Shown here: positions 25,862 to 38,226 of the stretch, piece after piece
How the letters are laid out: every line of letters starts with the position of its first letter
How positions within the stretch are numbered: the first letter of the stretch is position 1
Source: Octopus bimaculoides
Lineage: Eukaryota
Length of the DNA: 55,721 bases
Assembly: GCF_001194135.2 (NCBI RefSeq)
Contig: NC_068982.1
Location: 34,058,350 to 34,114,070 of the forward strand
Direction: 5' to 3'
Notes under the pieces: generated by a model
The model's input: the letters and a program-made list of their open reading frames with translations, nothing else
Told to the model about the DNA's origin: nothing
Databases searched by the model: none
Position numbers and translations under genes: made by a program

Positions 25862-27036
25862 GGTGGACATTGGAATTAGACACTGAGGGAAAATGGCTGT
25901 AACTTTTTTATTTTTTNNNNNNNNNNNNNNNNNNNNNNNNNNNNNNNNNNNNNNNNNNNNNNNNNNNNNNNNNNNNNNNNNNNNNNNNNNNNNNNNNNNN
26001 NNNNNNNNNNNNNNNNNNNNNNNNNNNNNNNNNNNNNNNNNNNNNNNNNNNNNNNNNNNNNNNNNNNNNNNNNNNNNNNNNNNNNNNNNNNNNNNNNNNN
26101 NNNNNNNNNNNNNNNNNNNNNNNNNNNNNNNNNNNNNNNNNNNNNNNNNNNNNNNNNNNNNNNNNNNNNNNNNNNNNNNNNNNNNNNNNNNNNNNNNNNN
26201 NNNNNNNNNNNNNNNNNNNNNNNNNNNNNNNNNNNNNNNNNNNNNNNNNNNNNNNNNNNNNNNNNNNNNNNNNNNNNNNNNNNNNNNNNNNNNNNNNNNN
26301 NNNNNNNNNNNNNNNNNNNNNNNNNNNNNNNNNNNNNNNNNNNNNNNNNNNNNNNNNNNNNNNNNNNNNNNNNNNNNNNNNNNNNNNNNNNNNNNNNNNN
26401 NNNNNNNNNNNNNNNNNNNNNNNNNNNNNNNNNNNNNNNNNNNNNNNNNNNNNNNNNNNNNNNNNNNNNNNNNNNNNNNNNNNNNNNNNNNNNNNNNNNN
26501 NNNNNNNNNNNNNNNNNNNNNNNNNNNNNNNNNNNNNNNNNNNNNNNNNNNNNNNNNNNNNNNNNNNNNNNNNNNNNNNNNNNNNNNNNNNNNNNNNNNN
26601 NNNNNNNNNNNNNNNNNNNNNNNNNNNNNNNNNNNNNNNNNNNNNNNNNNNNNNNNNNNNNNNNNNNNNNNNNNNNNNNNNNNNNNNNNNNNNNNNNNNN
26701 NNNNNNNNNNATTGAAATTTTTCAAACAATTTTTTTTCAGAATCGGAATCTCCATAACCTAAAACGTGGGATTCCGTAAAAAAAAATTAAATAAATAAGG
26801 GGAGTTAGGGTACGACCTGGACATGTAGAACACAATGTCAAAAATGAAAATCGCCGAAATAAAATAATAAATATCCCACCCCCGTGTGGGGGGTGGAGTT
26901 GGGTCCAAATTTTTTTTTATGGGGGAATCGCATGACCGTGACATGTAAAACACATTATCGAAAACGAAAATCGCCAAAATTAAAAAATAAAAAAGTTACA
27001 GCCATTTTCCCTCAGTGTCTAATTCCAATGTCCACC
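25862..27036. mobile_element. Young non-autonomous TIR transposon with an 8-bp TSD in EPHX4 intron 1
   Basis: TIRs of at least 55 bp, perfect up to the gap (25862-25916 / 26982-27036). TSD AAAAGAAC at 25854-25861 and 27037-27044. The interior is mostly gap. Confidence 0.9.
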
Positions 27037-28040
27037 AAAAGAACAGTTCCCTCATTTATTTCCAATAGATTACTCACAAGTAGTAGGTTGATCTTAATCT
27101 ATACATTCCCCCAAACTACTCTTACATTCCCTTGTGTCAACTTTAGAAATGAATATTTTTGTATACGAGAATTTCTAGATATTTATTTCTCATTTTATCA
27201 AATTCACAATTTATAGGGATGAGGTACTGTCGATTAAAACAGTCAAGATTGTGTGATGAAGTTCACTTTATAATCACTTAAGTTTCGGGTTCATTCACGC
27301 TGTTCAGCATCTTGAACAAATGTTTATTATTTCTTCTGCGCAGTGTCTGGTTCATGGAAATTAGTAGTCCATCGCTTTTGCAAATATATATACACAAATG
27401 GTAGATAGGTGAGGATTTCGACATAAANNNNNNNNNNNNNNNNNNNNNNNNNNNNNNNNNNNNNNNNNNNNNNNNNNNNNNNNNNNNNNNNNNNNNNNNN
27501 NNNNNNNNNNNNNNNNNNNNNNNNNNNGGTTGATAAAATAAGTACCAGTTGAACACTGGAGTCAATGTAATCAACTTCCCCCTCCCCTAAAATTGCTGGC
27601 CTTGTGCTGAAATTTGAAACCAATATTACAGGTTAACATTGAAGAGTGCTATTGAAATACTGTTATCTAGCATCCAAAAGGAAGGCAATTACTTGGATAG
27701 TAAAGAAATATTATAGCTGCTTTTACAAATAAAATGTTATGAAACCAGAAGATTTGAAGGACAAACTTCCATTAAGTACCATGTTGGGAGTGGCAATTCC
27801 TGGGTGGTGTGCAGGTCTTGCCTCTCCCACCAACTTCCTATAGGATTAAACAACAAAAGGATTATTGGAACGTTTCCATCTCTGTTACTTTTGTTGTAGT
27901 ACTTTTAAAGAAATTCATTTACATAGGTAAGCAGCTCATTAAATCTATCAGTTATTAACTATTAACCTTGTTATATATTTATTCATTCATATATATATAT
28001 TAAGTTTTATTTATTTATTTATGTATTTATTTATTTTCAG

Positions 28041-28165
28041 AATGCTAAAGTCCACTATGTTTGTAAAGGAGATAAAAATAAGCCCTTGATGCTTTTCATC
28101 CATGGTTTCCCAGAATGTTGGTATTCCTGGCGCTATCAAATAGTTGAGTTCAGTAAAAATTACAG
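28041..28165 (+). CDS. EPHX4: Epoxide hydrolase 4-like exon 2
   Basis: Acceptor ttttcag|AAT, donor AG|gtaag. NAKVHYVCKGDKNKPLMLFIHGFPECWYSWRYQI contains the HGFP oxyanion-hole motif. Confidence 0.95.
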
Positions 28166-29599
28166 GTAAGATTCTAACTTACTTCACCTGTAATTATAAA
28201 ACTTTGATTTAAACACATCATCAGATTTGTTTCACATCTTTGCTATTAAGAAATAGAAATAAAAATTTCCTTATATTTATGTACCATTTTGTATATATTT
28301 TGTACTACATTTGAACTAATAAATTTCTCTCTCGAAAAGTATTATATTTTCTCAGTTTTCATGTTATCATTTGTTTGTTCATTTTTACATCTGTTTTTCC
28401 AAGCTTGTATGGGTTTGACAAATACATATTGAGACATTGTTTTACATCCAGATGCCCTTCATGTTTCTAATCTTTACTTGTTTTTCATGTATTATAATTT
28501 TTATTCCACTTGTCTTTCAAAGTATCAAGCTGCAGGACAATTTGCAAGGAATTCTTGTGTTTTCTGCCCAATGCTTTTTATGTGTCTTCATTTACATTTA
28601 TACAGATGTTAATTATACACACACACACACACACAGAGAGAGGCTTCCATACAGTTTCCATCTACCAATTTCACACTCAGAGATCATTGGTTGTCCCAAA
28701 GTGCCATGCAATGAAATAGAACTTGATGTTTTATGGAAAGAAAGGGATCTCTGTATCCACACAGCCTAGCCTGCAACATGTTTGTAAATTTTTCTAAACA
28801 AGATTAATGTTGAAAGCTATAAACTATGAACTACCAATAAAAACAATAAACAGTTTGAATGTGTAATGCATAACAAAATAAGTAAAGGTTCTTTAGGCTT
28901 GCTTACTGTTGACACAGTTTATTCTTTTATGCTGTTGACACTCTTTGCTATTTTTCTTATTATTTATGTTGTCTCTCTGTAGTGTAGGGATGATGGTGTT
29001 ATCAGTTTAATGTCTTGTTTTACTACACTTTTGTCAACAGCTAGCATACAATAAGTTGTCTCAACTTATGATTATCAACAAAAAATAATTTTTACAAGTC
29101 ATCAACATTTAAGGTCTATGTTTCACTATCATGCATCTTTGCAATTCATACGCATGTATCATACAAACTACTTTTCACTTTGAGAGAGATATCCTTTACG
29201 ACACCAACAGAGATAATAGCTCCCTGAACATTCTCTAACACATTCTTACCATCACTGTTATACCTTTGGAACATCCGTTAATATTGCTTATTAGATTACC
29301 TTGATAACAGAAGCAATTAACTATTTCTAGGAAGTTATCCACACATTGAAGAGGAACATTTTCTTGTGTTCTTTTACTGTTTATAACTTCAGTGCATCCG
29401 CTTCACACAAAGTCTGTTTTCTCTGTAAGCCTGCCTGTGATTCCACTATATCTCTTGTGCATTCACAGTTTACAAAGTCCTCACCTTATGGAATTGTTAG
29501 TTACACCCTTTCTGCATATCAAGCAAGGACAAGGCCTCTTGATTCTAGGTTTTGCCTCCACTTATAGTATCTTCTCTCTCATTCAACTCATTAGCTGTA

Positions 29600-30010
29600 A
29601 GAACTAGGTCATCAGCATATAGGTATTCTGACTGTGAATTGATATGAAAGTCCTGTGTATAATAAATTGAAAGGGACTGAGAATTGAGCCTTGGTGAATC
29701 CCTACATGTATACAAATTTCATTGCTATACTCATTGTTGACTGTTATCTTCTTGATTCCACTTCTACACTTTGCTTGTATGGCTCTTACAAACCGTTTAT
29801 CTACTCCTAGCTCCCTCAGTGACCACCAGACCACAGAGCAAGATATCTTGAGAAGGCCTTTCTCAGGCTGATGAACACCAGGCCATTGTCGTACCAACAG
29901 TGCATTGATGACACTACAATGAAAGTCTTCCCAATTCTCATTGGTATTCCTGAATGACCAAGAGCCTTTCCTTCCTTTATATTCTTAATTGCTTTTTGTT
30001 TCATGATATT
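29600..30010 (-). mobile_element. RTE-clade reverse transcriptase fragment
   Basis: KAIKNIKEGKALGHSGI, LRELGVDKRFVRAIQ and VGIHQGSILSPFQFII. Similar VHQGSVLSP fragments occur on the plus strand at about 52140-52265 and 54130-54240. Confidence 0.8.
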
Positions 30011-30659
30011 GTCAACTGGAATGACTGATGTCTGTTGGCACTACTCTAGAAAAATTCTTTCTCTCATGCATTATCCACATTCTCCATAGCTTATGAGAGT
30101 AAATGTGCAGGGCACAGTGTGTGGGAAGAGATGAAACTGGGTAGGTGAAGGTTTATGCTTACTTAGGTCTGGCAGTAAATTTGTACTGAGACAATAATGC
30201 TGAACTCTCATGGAGAATAAGAGCATGATGGAAGGCATTTACCCTGATTAAAGAGTGTTCAAAGCACATCTGACAAAACCTTGTGTATCTATCTGTTTAA
30301 TAGTACCTTTCTACCTGCACTTTTATATGCAAGTGAGATATGGGCTATTGCCTTGGAGAAGGAACAGTGGCTGGCTATGATACAGAGGACTACAGAAAGA
30401 TCCTTTTTGGGGATATCATTGCAGGAGCATATCTGAAACTAAGTAATTTGTGAATAGAGTGGAGTGAATAAAGAGACTATGGAATAGCAAAAGCACAATC
30501 TTCACTGGACTGGAAATTGTCGCAAGATTCACAAACAACAGGTGGAACTATGCAGACCACTCAAAGACAATGGAGAATGCATTGTGACAAGCACTGTGTG
30601 ATAGTCTAATAGTCTGATCAATAAAGTAAATATATTATTAGATTTACTTCTTATCTTCT

Positions 30660-30975
30660 TCTTGCCTTTAACCCTCCAACGCGGAGTATAGGCCACTTAT
30701 AATTGAATTCCATGTCGCATAATTTCTCGCTTCTGTACTTATACTTTGCCATGAATGTCCTCCTTTCTCTAGTTCCTTTTGTGTTGATCTATGCCACGAG
30801 TTCTTAGGCCTACCCCTCTTTCTATATCCATCCAGATTCCACTGTAAAGCGCTTTTCGCTGCATTTGGTGTGTCCTTTCTAATTGTGCTACCAATCCACT
30901 TCCACTTTTTCTTAAATATTTGCTCTCTTATCGAAACTTGATTCGTTCAGCTCCATATTGCATACGGCATACCAG
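30660..30975 (-). mobile_element. RTE-clade LINE 3' end fragment
   Basis: The minus strand reads KKKWKWIG.TIRK...AKSALQWNLDGYRKRGRPKNSW followed by an (AAG)-like tail. Confidence 0.75.
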
Positions 30976-31048
30976 ACAAGTATATATCTATTAGATTTAC
31001 TTAGTGAATATTAAATATTTTCTCAAATGATATGACTTTCCATTTCAG

Positions 31049-31161
31049 AGTTGTTGCTTTTGATCAAAGAGGCTATTCACTCTCTTCCAAATTTTATGAC
31101 AAGAAGGATTTCACATTTGAAAAACTGTCTGCTGATGTGTCTGAAGTTATTCAAACACTTG
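31049..31161 (+). CDS. EPHX4: Epoxide hydrolase 4-like exon 3
   Basis: Acceptor catttcag|A, donor G|gtatg. VVAFDQRGYSLSSK...LSADVSEVIQTL; phases 2/1 fit the neighbouring exons. Confidence 0.93.
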
Positions 31162-31847
31162 GTATGTTCCAGCTAAAGACTAATTTTGTTGCTATTATTT
31201 CAATTTAAGTTAAGATGGTGAGCTGGCAAAATCATTAGCATGATGGACAAAATGAATAGCAGCATTTCTCTGTCTTATGTTATGAGTTCAAATTCTGCTG
31301 AAGTCAGCTTTGCCTTTAATTCTTTCATGGTTAATAAAATAAGTACCAGTCAATTACTGAGGTCAGTGTAATCAACTAACCCTTTGATTAAATTACTGGA
31401 ATTGTGCCTATAATTGAAAGGATTGCCATATATACTCATGTAAAAGTCGAATTTTTTAGACCATTTTTTAAGGTCAAATTTATGGGGTCAACTATTACAT
31501 GGATACTACTTTTGAGGAGGTGAAATTCAAGCTAGAATCCAAAGTACTGTATCGGCAACAAAAGCCCAACTGATCTCTAAGCAAATAACAGCAAAAACAC
31601 AATGAGTTACAGTAATATTATCGATTCTCTGCATCAAAACACATATCTTAGTAAATAACAAAACCCATAAACAAGACCTCAAAGTTCTTATAGATATTTA
31701 CACTTTCTGTTTTATTTTTATCCATCAAACTTAACAGATTAGCTGAGTGAAATCAATTTATATCTCATAATTATGTTATATTACCTACCGTAATACAGTG
31801 TGTTGTGGGATGTGTATATGTTGTCCCCAACAGAAATGAAAAAAAGG

Positions 31848-32059
31848 GGCAGAGTTCTGATTGAAGCATGTACTAAAACCCCTCATAATTTTTTTTTCAT
31901 TTTTACAAATTTTCACAAAATATTTTCTGATTCTGTCTTCTGCATAATGGAATTAATGATTATCCAAAAAAAAAAAATTTTTTTAAATAAATTTTGTGAA
32001 AATTCATAAAAAATAAAGTTATGAGGGGTTTTAGTGCATGCTTCGATCAGAACTCTGCC
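31848..32059. mobile_element. Foldback MITE
   Basis: ggcagagttctgattgaagcatgtactaaaacccctcataa ... ttatgaggggttttagtgcatgcttcgatcagaactctgcc; the arms extend about 70 bp. Confidence 0.85.
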
Positions 32060-32132
32060 AAAAAAGTTTTAGGATGTCATGTGCAGTTACCAGTAAATGT
32101 TTGTAATATGATGTAGAGTTGTTAATCAGGAG

Positions 32133-32254
32133 CAGGGATTCCCAAAGTGTGTTTTGCAAAACCCCAGGGTTCCTTGAAAGTTATCAGGGGTTCCACATTT
32201 TTGAAAATAATGTCAAAAGATTCTGTGGCAAAAAAAAAAGCTTGGGAACCATTG
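32133..32254. mobile_element. Mini hAT/Charlie-like MITE
   Basis: CAGGGATTCCCAA ... TTGGGAACCATTG termini; the right flank atctagca resembles the Charlie NTCTAGAN target. Confidence 0.6.
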
Positions 32255-33412
32255 ATCTAGCAATTAACTAAATGTTTTTAGGCTTATTGAGGTCATGCCT
32301 CTGTACGAATTCATACTGTGGTGTTTGCTGTTGTTTGCCGATAGTGCAGCCTGTGAAATATGTTTCTCACCTTGTAAACAGACAAGTGTTTATTGTATTT
32401 GGAGATGAGGAAAATATAAAGGTTGCATGGAAATCACTGATCTAGTAATTAATTGAATGTTTTTAGGCTTACCAAAGTCCTGCCTTTGTGCGAATTCAGA
32501 CAGTGGCATTTCCCAGTAGTGCTGTCTGTAAAACATATTTCTCACTATGTAAATGAGTGTATGACGCATGTGTTTATTGTGCTTGAAGATGTATGCAGGC
32601 TTGCAGCATATCCTGGGCATACATTTTAGTAATGGTGATGTGGCACCCATCAACAGATGTGTAGTGCTCGCTATTAAATGATGTTTTACTATAAGCACCA
32701 AGCATTCCATTATAAGCACCAAGTATTCCACCTATAGAGCAGGCTACAGTAAGGTATCCACACAATTTTGTAACAGTGTTGTTTCTACATACAGGATAAT
32801 ACGGTACATTGACCCACAAATATTGTCCTGTTGTTTGTGAAATACTATTGTCAACTTTTATACGGGGTCTATGGAAAATACCCAATATTTTAGCCAAAAA
32901 TAGGGGGTCGACTTTTACATGAGATCAACTATTACTCAAGTATTTATGGTATTTCAATCTAAGTTAAATCAAATATGTTTATTTACTTGTATTAAATTTT
33001 TCAGTATGGTATATATAATTCTTTAAATTTAGCTTGTTTTTTTTTTTTTAAGATTTCAACAGTTAATAAATGCACCAACAACTTTACATTTCAACCAAAA
33101 TTCTCCTGAATAAATATATTTTATAAATTATACTCCATTCCAACCCCATCTCAAAGTTAGATTTGTAATTTTAGACTTTCAGATAAAGCGAGTAGGTCAG
33201 TGGTTATTACTGATAGTGCCATTTCAGAGTTCAAGTCCTGAAACTGTCAACTTATTTTATCACTCATAAGCATATTAAGTATCAGTAAAAGTATGTAAAT
33301 TATGTGAGGTGATGTATCTCCATTGGTTTCAACAATGAAGACTCAATTGTTCAGTCAACTAAATTACCTGCTCATTGAAAAGCATGTAAGTAGCTGAGTA
33401 TTCCACAGAAAT

Positions 33413-33766
33413 CATGATGGCACCTGTGTCCAGCGTCGCCTTCCTGGCACTTGTGCCGGTGACACGTGTAAAGACATTCGAGCGAGATCGTTGCCAATGC
33501 CGCTGGACTGGCTCCTGTGCAGGTGGCATGTAAAATACACCATTTTGAGCGTGGCCGTTGCCAGTACCACCTGACTGGCCATCGTGCCAGTGGCACGTAA
33601 AAACACCCACTACATTCTCTGAGTGGTTGGCGTTAGGAAGGGCATCCAGCTGTAGAAACTCTGCCAAATCAGATTGGAGCCTGGTGTAGCCATCTGGTTT
33701 ACCAGTCCTCAGTCAAATCGTCCAACCCATGCTAGCATGGAAAGCGGACGTTAAACGATGATGATG
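33413..33766 (+). mobile_element. RTE-tail retroelement copy (EPHX4 intron 3)
   Basis: Same units and tail as 1-365, ending ggacgttaaacgatgatgat. Confidence 0.9.
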
Positions 33767-34361
33767 TGTACTACTTATATAATCAACAAAAAGAATTAGC
33801 ATGACACAGTATGTGACAACTCTGTACTTTTGATATACAGTTACTAACCATCTGATGGGCATCTTCACAGTTTCTATCCAATCAGTTTAACTCATAAGGC
33901 TAGGGTTGGCCTGAGGTAATTTAGTAAAAGGAACCTTGTCAAGATGCTTTGCAGTGAGATTGAACTGGGGGGGGGGACCTTCAGGTTTACAAGCAAACTT
34001 ATCTATTCACCCATTCTATGTCAACAGAGTTTCTGTACTGTAATAGTGTATGAACTACATTTTATTCAGAACATAACAACACCAGTTATCTTTAGAAGGC
34101 ATTAAATTACATGCTTAAAAATTCATAACTTTCCATTACATATCCCCGTTTAATTTTTAATGAATTTAAATTTCAAAGTTCTCTCCCTTCCCTATCTTGA
34201 CAAGACACTAATGATTTTTTTTCTTTTCATTTTAATTTTAATTTATTAAAAATTCATTATTTTCTCATTATATTGTGTCAATTTGCACTTGACAAAAGTA
34301 TTTCTTATATTCATGAGAAAAATTAAACACCTACAAGTTATATTTTATTTATTTATTATAG

Positions 34362-34530
34362 GTTACAAAGATTGTGTGCTTGTCGGCCATGATTGGGGAG
34401 CTCTAGTAGCATGGAGTACAGCTATTAATTATCCTCATTTGGTTTCCAAATTAGTCATTATGAACTGCCCACATCCAACAGTCCTTTCAAAGCATATTTG
34501 GAACCATTTCTCTCAACTTAGAAAATCATG
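34362..34530 (+). CDS. EPHX4: Epoxide hydrolase 4-like exon 4
   Basis: Acceptor ttatag|GT, donor TG|gtgag. Contains GHDWG (catalytic Asp nucleophile) and MNCPHP. Confidence 0.96.
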
Positions 34531-35237
34531 GTGAGAATATCACATTTTTTTATTCGCTTCAAAGCAGCTTTTCCCAACTGGAGTTCCTGGGAAGAGCTTC
34601 TATGGGTTCTACAACAAATACTGATATATATAGGTAGGCAAATTGTATGTAGATACATTTTTGAGTCATTTTTTCGTTTAATATTATATTCATAATTTAA
34701 TTATACCTGCACAGAAAGACAGCAAGGTAACAAAATCACTAGAGAATTATAATAAATGCTTTGCTCCATTTGTTCCAGCTCTTTACATTGTAAGTTCAAA
34801 TCCTGTTGAGGTCAACTTTATCTTTCACCTTACAGATGCTGGTAAAATAAAGTGCTAGTCAAGTATTAGGACCAATGATCTTGACTGGCCCCTTCTGATC
34901 AAACCATTACACATGCACAGTATATTCCCTAAGGTAGAGGAAACCTTACCTCTATAAGTAACAAGGCCGCTTTACTGGTAAAATGAAATCTTAACAGGAA
35001 GTTCTGACAAAACAAGGTCTTGGTTAAGATGAATTTCTTAAACTTTCTTTGTGACATCTCATGGATTTAGGATTGTCAACCATTTTACTGTCAGTTTTAT
35101 GATTTCTTTACTCTTCTGTGATATTTAAGAGAAAGGAAATAGACATTTAATCATTCTATGAAACAGAATGTCTTGGGGGTTCCTAATGAGTAAAATTTTT
35201 CGGAAATGCTGCTCTAAAATATTTTCTTACAATTTAA

Positions 35238-35709
35238 CCCTTTAGCATTTTAATTACTCTGCCAAATGTAGAGCTTATTTATTCTTATTGTCTTGAATTA
35301 ATCATGTATTGTCTTATAGCTTTGAGATTTTGATGATGCTGTTGTTTATTTTTAGAATGCTGTTGTCCATTTTTAGAATGCTGTTGTCTATTTTTGTTTA
35401 TTAATGATACTTGTTAATATTATAGTTGTTTTATAAATATAATGTTTTCATTGTATTAATAATTAAATATTATTTATTATTATATTTGTTTTATTTAATT
35501 TTGCTAAAATAAATCTTTGATAATGTGTTAAAATGCATGTTAATATTAAATAATAAATATTTACGATTGATTTGCTGTATATTATTTTAGATAATTGAGT
35601 AAATACTGGTTGAATAGTAAGGTAGGTGTGAGAGGTTAAATCAGGCCAGTTTAAACATAAAACAGGAGGCCTATTTTGGTCAGATATGGCTGGTTTAAAT
35701 GCTAAAAGG
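35238..35709. mobile_element. piggyBac-like MITE, second family (EPHX4 intron 4)
   Basis: ttaa|CCCTTTAGCATT ... AATGCTAAAAGG|ttag termini. A similar but weaker element lies at 10621-10898 (cccattacct/aggtaatggg|ttaa). Confidence 0.7.
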
Positions 35710-35914
35710 TTAGACAAAATATTTAATGTAGTTACAAAGAGTAGAAAATTGGTTCTCTCAACTTTTTCTTTCATATATTCTTGATATACATACCCAAAGT
35801 TTGTTTAAATGTAACATACATTTGCTGTTCAGTATTGAATTAAATATCAATGCACTTAACATTGTAATTTTTAATTAAGGTCTTACTTACACCCCACTCC
35901 CTCTTTTGCTACAG

Positions 35915-36075
35915 GTATATATTTTTCTTCCAAATGCCATATATCCCAGAATGGATGTACTCACTCAACAAATTTGAGGCTTTATCTAAAATTTTCAACA
36001 GTCGTGTTGGAGTCAGAAGTGAAAATATGACAAAGGATGATATTGATGTTTACAGATATGCATTTTCTCAGCCAG
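35915..36075 (+). CDS. EPHX4: Epoxide hydrolase 4-like exon 5
   Basis: Acceptor ttgctacag|G, donor G|gtgag. WYIFFFQMPYIPE supplies the first lid tyrosine of alpha/beta-fold epoxide hydrolases. Confidence 0.95.
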
Positions 36076-36464
36076 GTGAGCTAATCAGTCATAATATTTT
36101 GACTGGATTATGAAAAGCTACATGCAATTCTAAAGATAATGGTAGCAGTCATGCATCTATTTGTATGCATAATTTTCTATTTTAATTTCACTCAGTTTTT
36201 TCATGTTACTTTCACACACACACACACACGCGTATAAAGTACTTTATTCTAATACTTCTATGATTGATACTTTTTTCCGTTGCTTTTATAAATGATATCT
36301 TCATGATTTAAAAGGATAACTTTTCTGGGTATTTTATATATTTTAAAAATCAAACCTTTACATTGATTAAGATGTGTATTCATATAAAATTTAGTCTTTT
36401 CATTTGTAAACATTATCTTTCAATATTTTTTTCTTTCCTTTTTATTTCATCCAAAATTTATTTG

Positions 36465-36757
36465 GATGAGCGAGGTCGTTGCCAGTGCCGCTGGACTGGT
36501 TCCTGTGCAGGTGGCACGTAAAAAACACCATTTTGAGCGTGGCCGTTGCCAGTACTGTGTGACTGGCCCTCGTGCCAGTGGCACGTAAAAGCACCCACTA
36601 CACTCTTGGAGTGGTTGGCGTTAGGAAGGGCATCCAGCTGTAGAAACTCTGCCAAAACAGATTGGAGCCTGGTGTAGCCATCCGGTTCACCAGTCCTCAG
36701 TCAAATCGTCCAACTCATGCTAGCATGGAAAGCGGACGTTAAACGATGATGATGATG
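36465..36757 (+). mobile_element. RTE-tail retroelement copy (EPHX4 intron 5)
   Basis: Nearly identical to 33480-33766. Confidence 0.9.
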
Positions 36758-37254
36758 TAGGGCTCCAGCTTTACTAAAAATCTTATAACTACATTTTGTC
36801 TGGTCATTTGACTTTCTTCAGACCTTTACATGAAATAAATATTTATGTATCTAGTCTGCTGCTAGCTAAGAAATCTGGTGTTAAAGATTCTGAATTTAAA
36901 CGTTTACAAAGGCCAATGTTACAAGTAATTGATGTATTCACTAGTAATATATAACTTTTATTTATTTTTAATTTTGTCATTGCTATAGTATTATTTCCTG
37001 GAACTTAGACCATATTTAACAGGTATTAGTAAGACTCATTCTTTAGTACTTGCACCAAGTTTTATAAGCTTACATTAGATTCATTAGTTATACATAGATG
37101 CACAGCTTTTACCCCCATATATTGAGTTAAGTTACCAAAACTAGAGTTATGCTTAGCACTTATTTATAAGTAAGTGTTCAATTAGCTATTCTCACTTCTT
37201 AGTTTGCTGAACAGGTAAATTTTTTAGATTGCTAAATGATATTCATTGTAAAAA

Positions 37255-37490
37255 TCATCATCATCTAATGTCCATTTTTCATGCAGGCATGGGTTGGACG
37301 GTTTGAAAGGAGCTGGCCAGCCAAAGAGCTGTCCAGGCTCCAATTGTCTGTTTTGGCATGGTTTCTATGGCTGGATGCCCTTCCTAATGCCAGCTACATT
37401 ACAGAGAGTACTGGTTGATTTTTACATGGAACCAACACAGATGTTTTATATGTGGTACTGGCATGGATGCCTTATATGTGGCACCAACAT
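37255..37490 (-). mobile_element. Diverged RTE-tail subfamily copy (EPHX4 intron 5)
   Basis: (CAT)n start on the plus strand, gcatgggttggacgg and ggctggatgcccttcctaatgcc. Confidence 0.8.
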
Positions 37491-37568
37491 CGATGCTTTA
37501 TTGTCATTATTTAAAAGTTTTTCTTCAGTGACTTAATGAATCTAAATATGTGTTCTTTTTCTTTTCAG

Positions 37569-37825
37569 GAGCAATCACAGGACCCATCAACTATTACAGA
37601 GCAAATTTTCTCAATAGACAGGACAAACTACGTACAAACATTCTGAAAATGCCTGTACTTATTATTTGGGGAAAGCAAGATGCCTTCCTCAATCATGAGA
37701 TGGCTGCAGAATGTGGCAAATATGTTAATAATCTTTTGATAAAATACATTGAAGATGCTACACATTTTGTTCAACTGGATCGACCAGAAATTGTGAATAG
37801 CCTTGTGTGGCAATTTCTTAAATAG
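37569..37825 (+). CDS. EPHX4: Epoxide hydrolase 4-like exon 6 (terminal)
   Basis: Acceptor cttttcag|GA. GPINYYRA (second lid Tyr), WGKQDAFL (acid), ATHFVQ (His base), stop TAG. The six exons total 1041 nt = 346 aa + stop. The EPHX4 versus EPHX3 assignment is not resolvable by eye. Confidence 0.95.
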
Positions 37826-38226
37826 TTGACAAAGTATAGTTCCTTCTAGTACTGATTAATCACGTGTATACTTACAAAAATGACTTGTCTTGTAACTTAC
37901 CTGGATATCATTTATCCCATGGAAGGAATGTGAAATAACTCCAGCTGAGAAGTGAAACCTGCCCAAGGTCTCTGCATGTTAGGTTACTATTTTGTACTCT
38001 GTACCATTCAACAATATTCTATAAATAATTTTATGTGTAATTGACTGACTGGTTATCAATGTAGGTTGAAGGAACATCTTTTTATCAGTCTGTTTTCTAA
38101 TGTATAAATATTCAAATATTATAAAGATAAGTTCTATGTAAGCCATGTCCATGACCTAACACTTTATTTCTGACTGAGGTCAGTATTATGTCATTTATGT
38201 TGCTAATACTCTTATTGTTACAGTAA

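Larger units (their letters stand above)
31424..32951. mobile_element. Non-autonomous Tc1/mariner/pogo-like element hosting nested MITEs (EPHX4 intron 3)
   Basis: Left end tgccatatatactcatgtaaaagtcga, right end tcaactattactcaagtatttatggta. Exact inverted match CTCATGTAAAAGTCGA (31435-31450) / TCGACTTTTACATGAG (32908-32923). The superfamily is inferred from the terminal style. Confidence 0.72.

Noticed and set aside
33359-33667. Recurrent ORFs MAEFLQLDALPNANH... (also 36458-36655 and 53435-53620)
   Set aside because: Antisense translations of the RTE-tail repeat, not a gene family.
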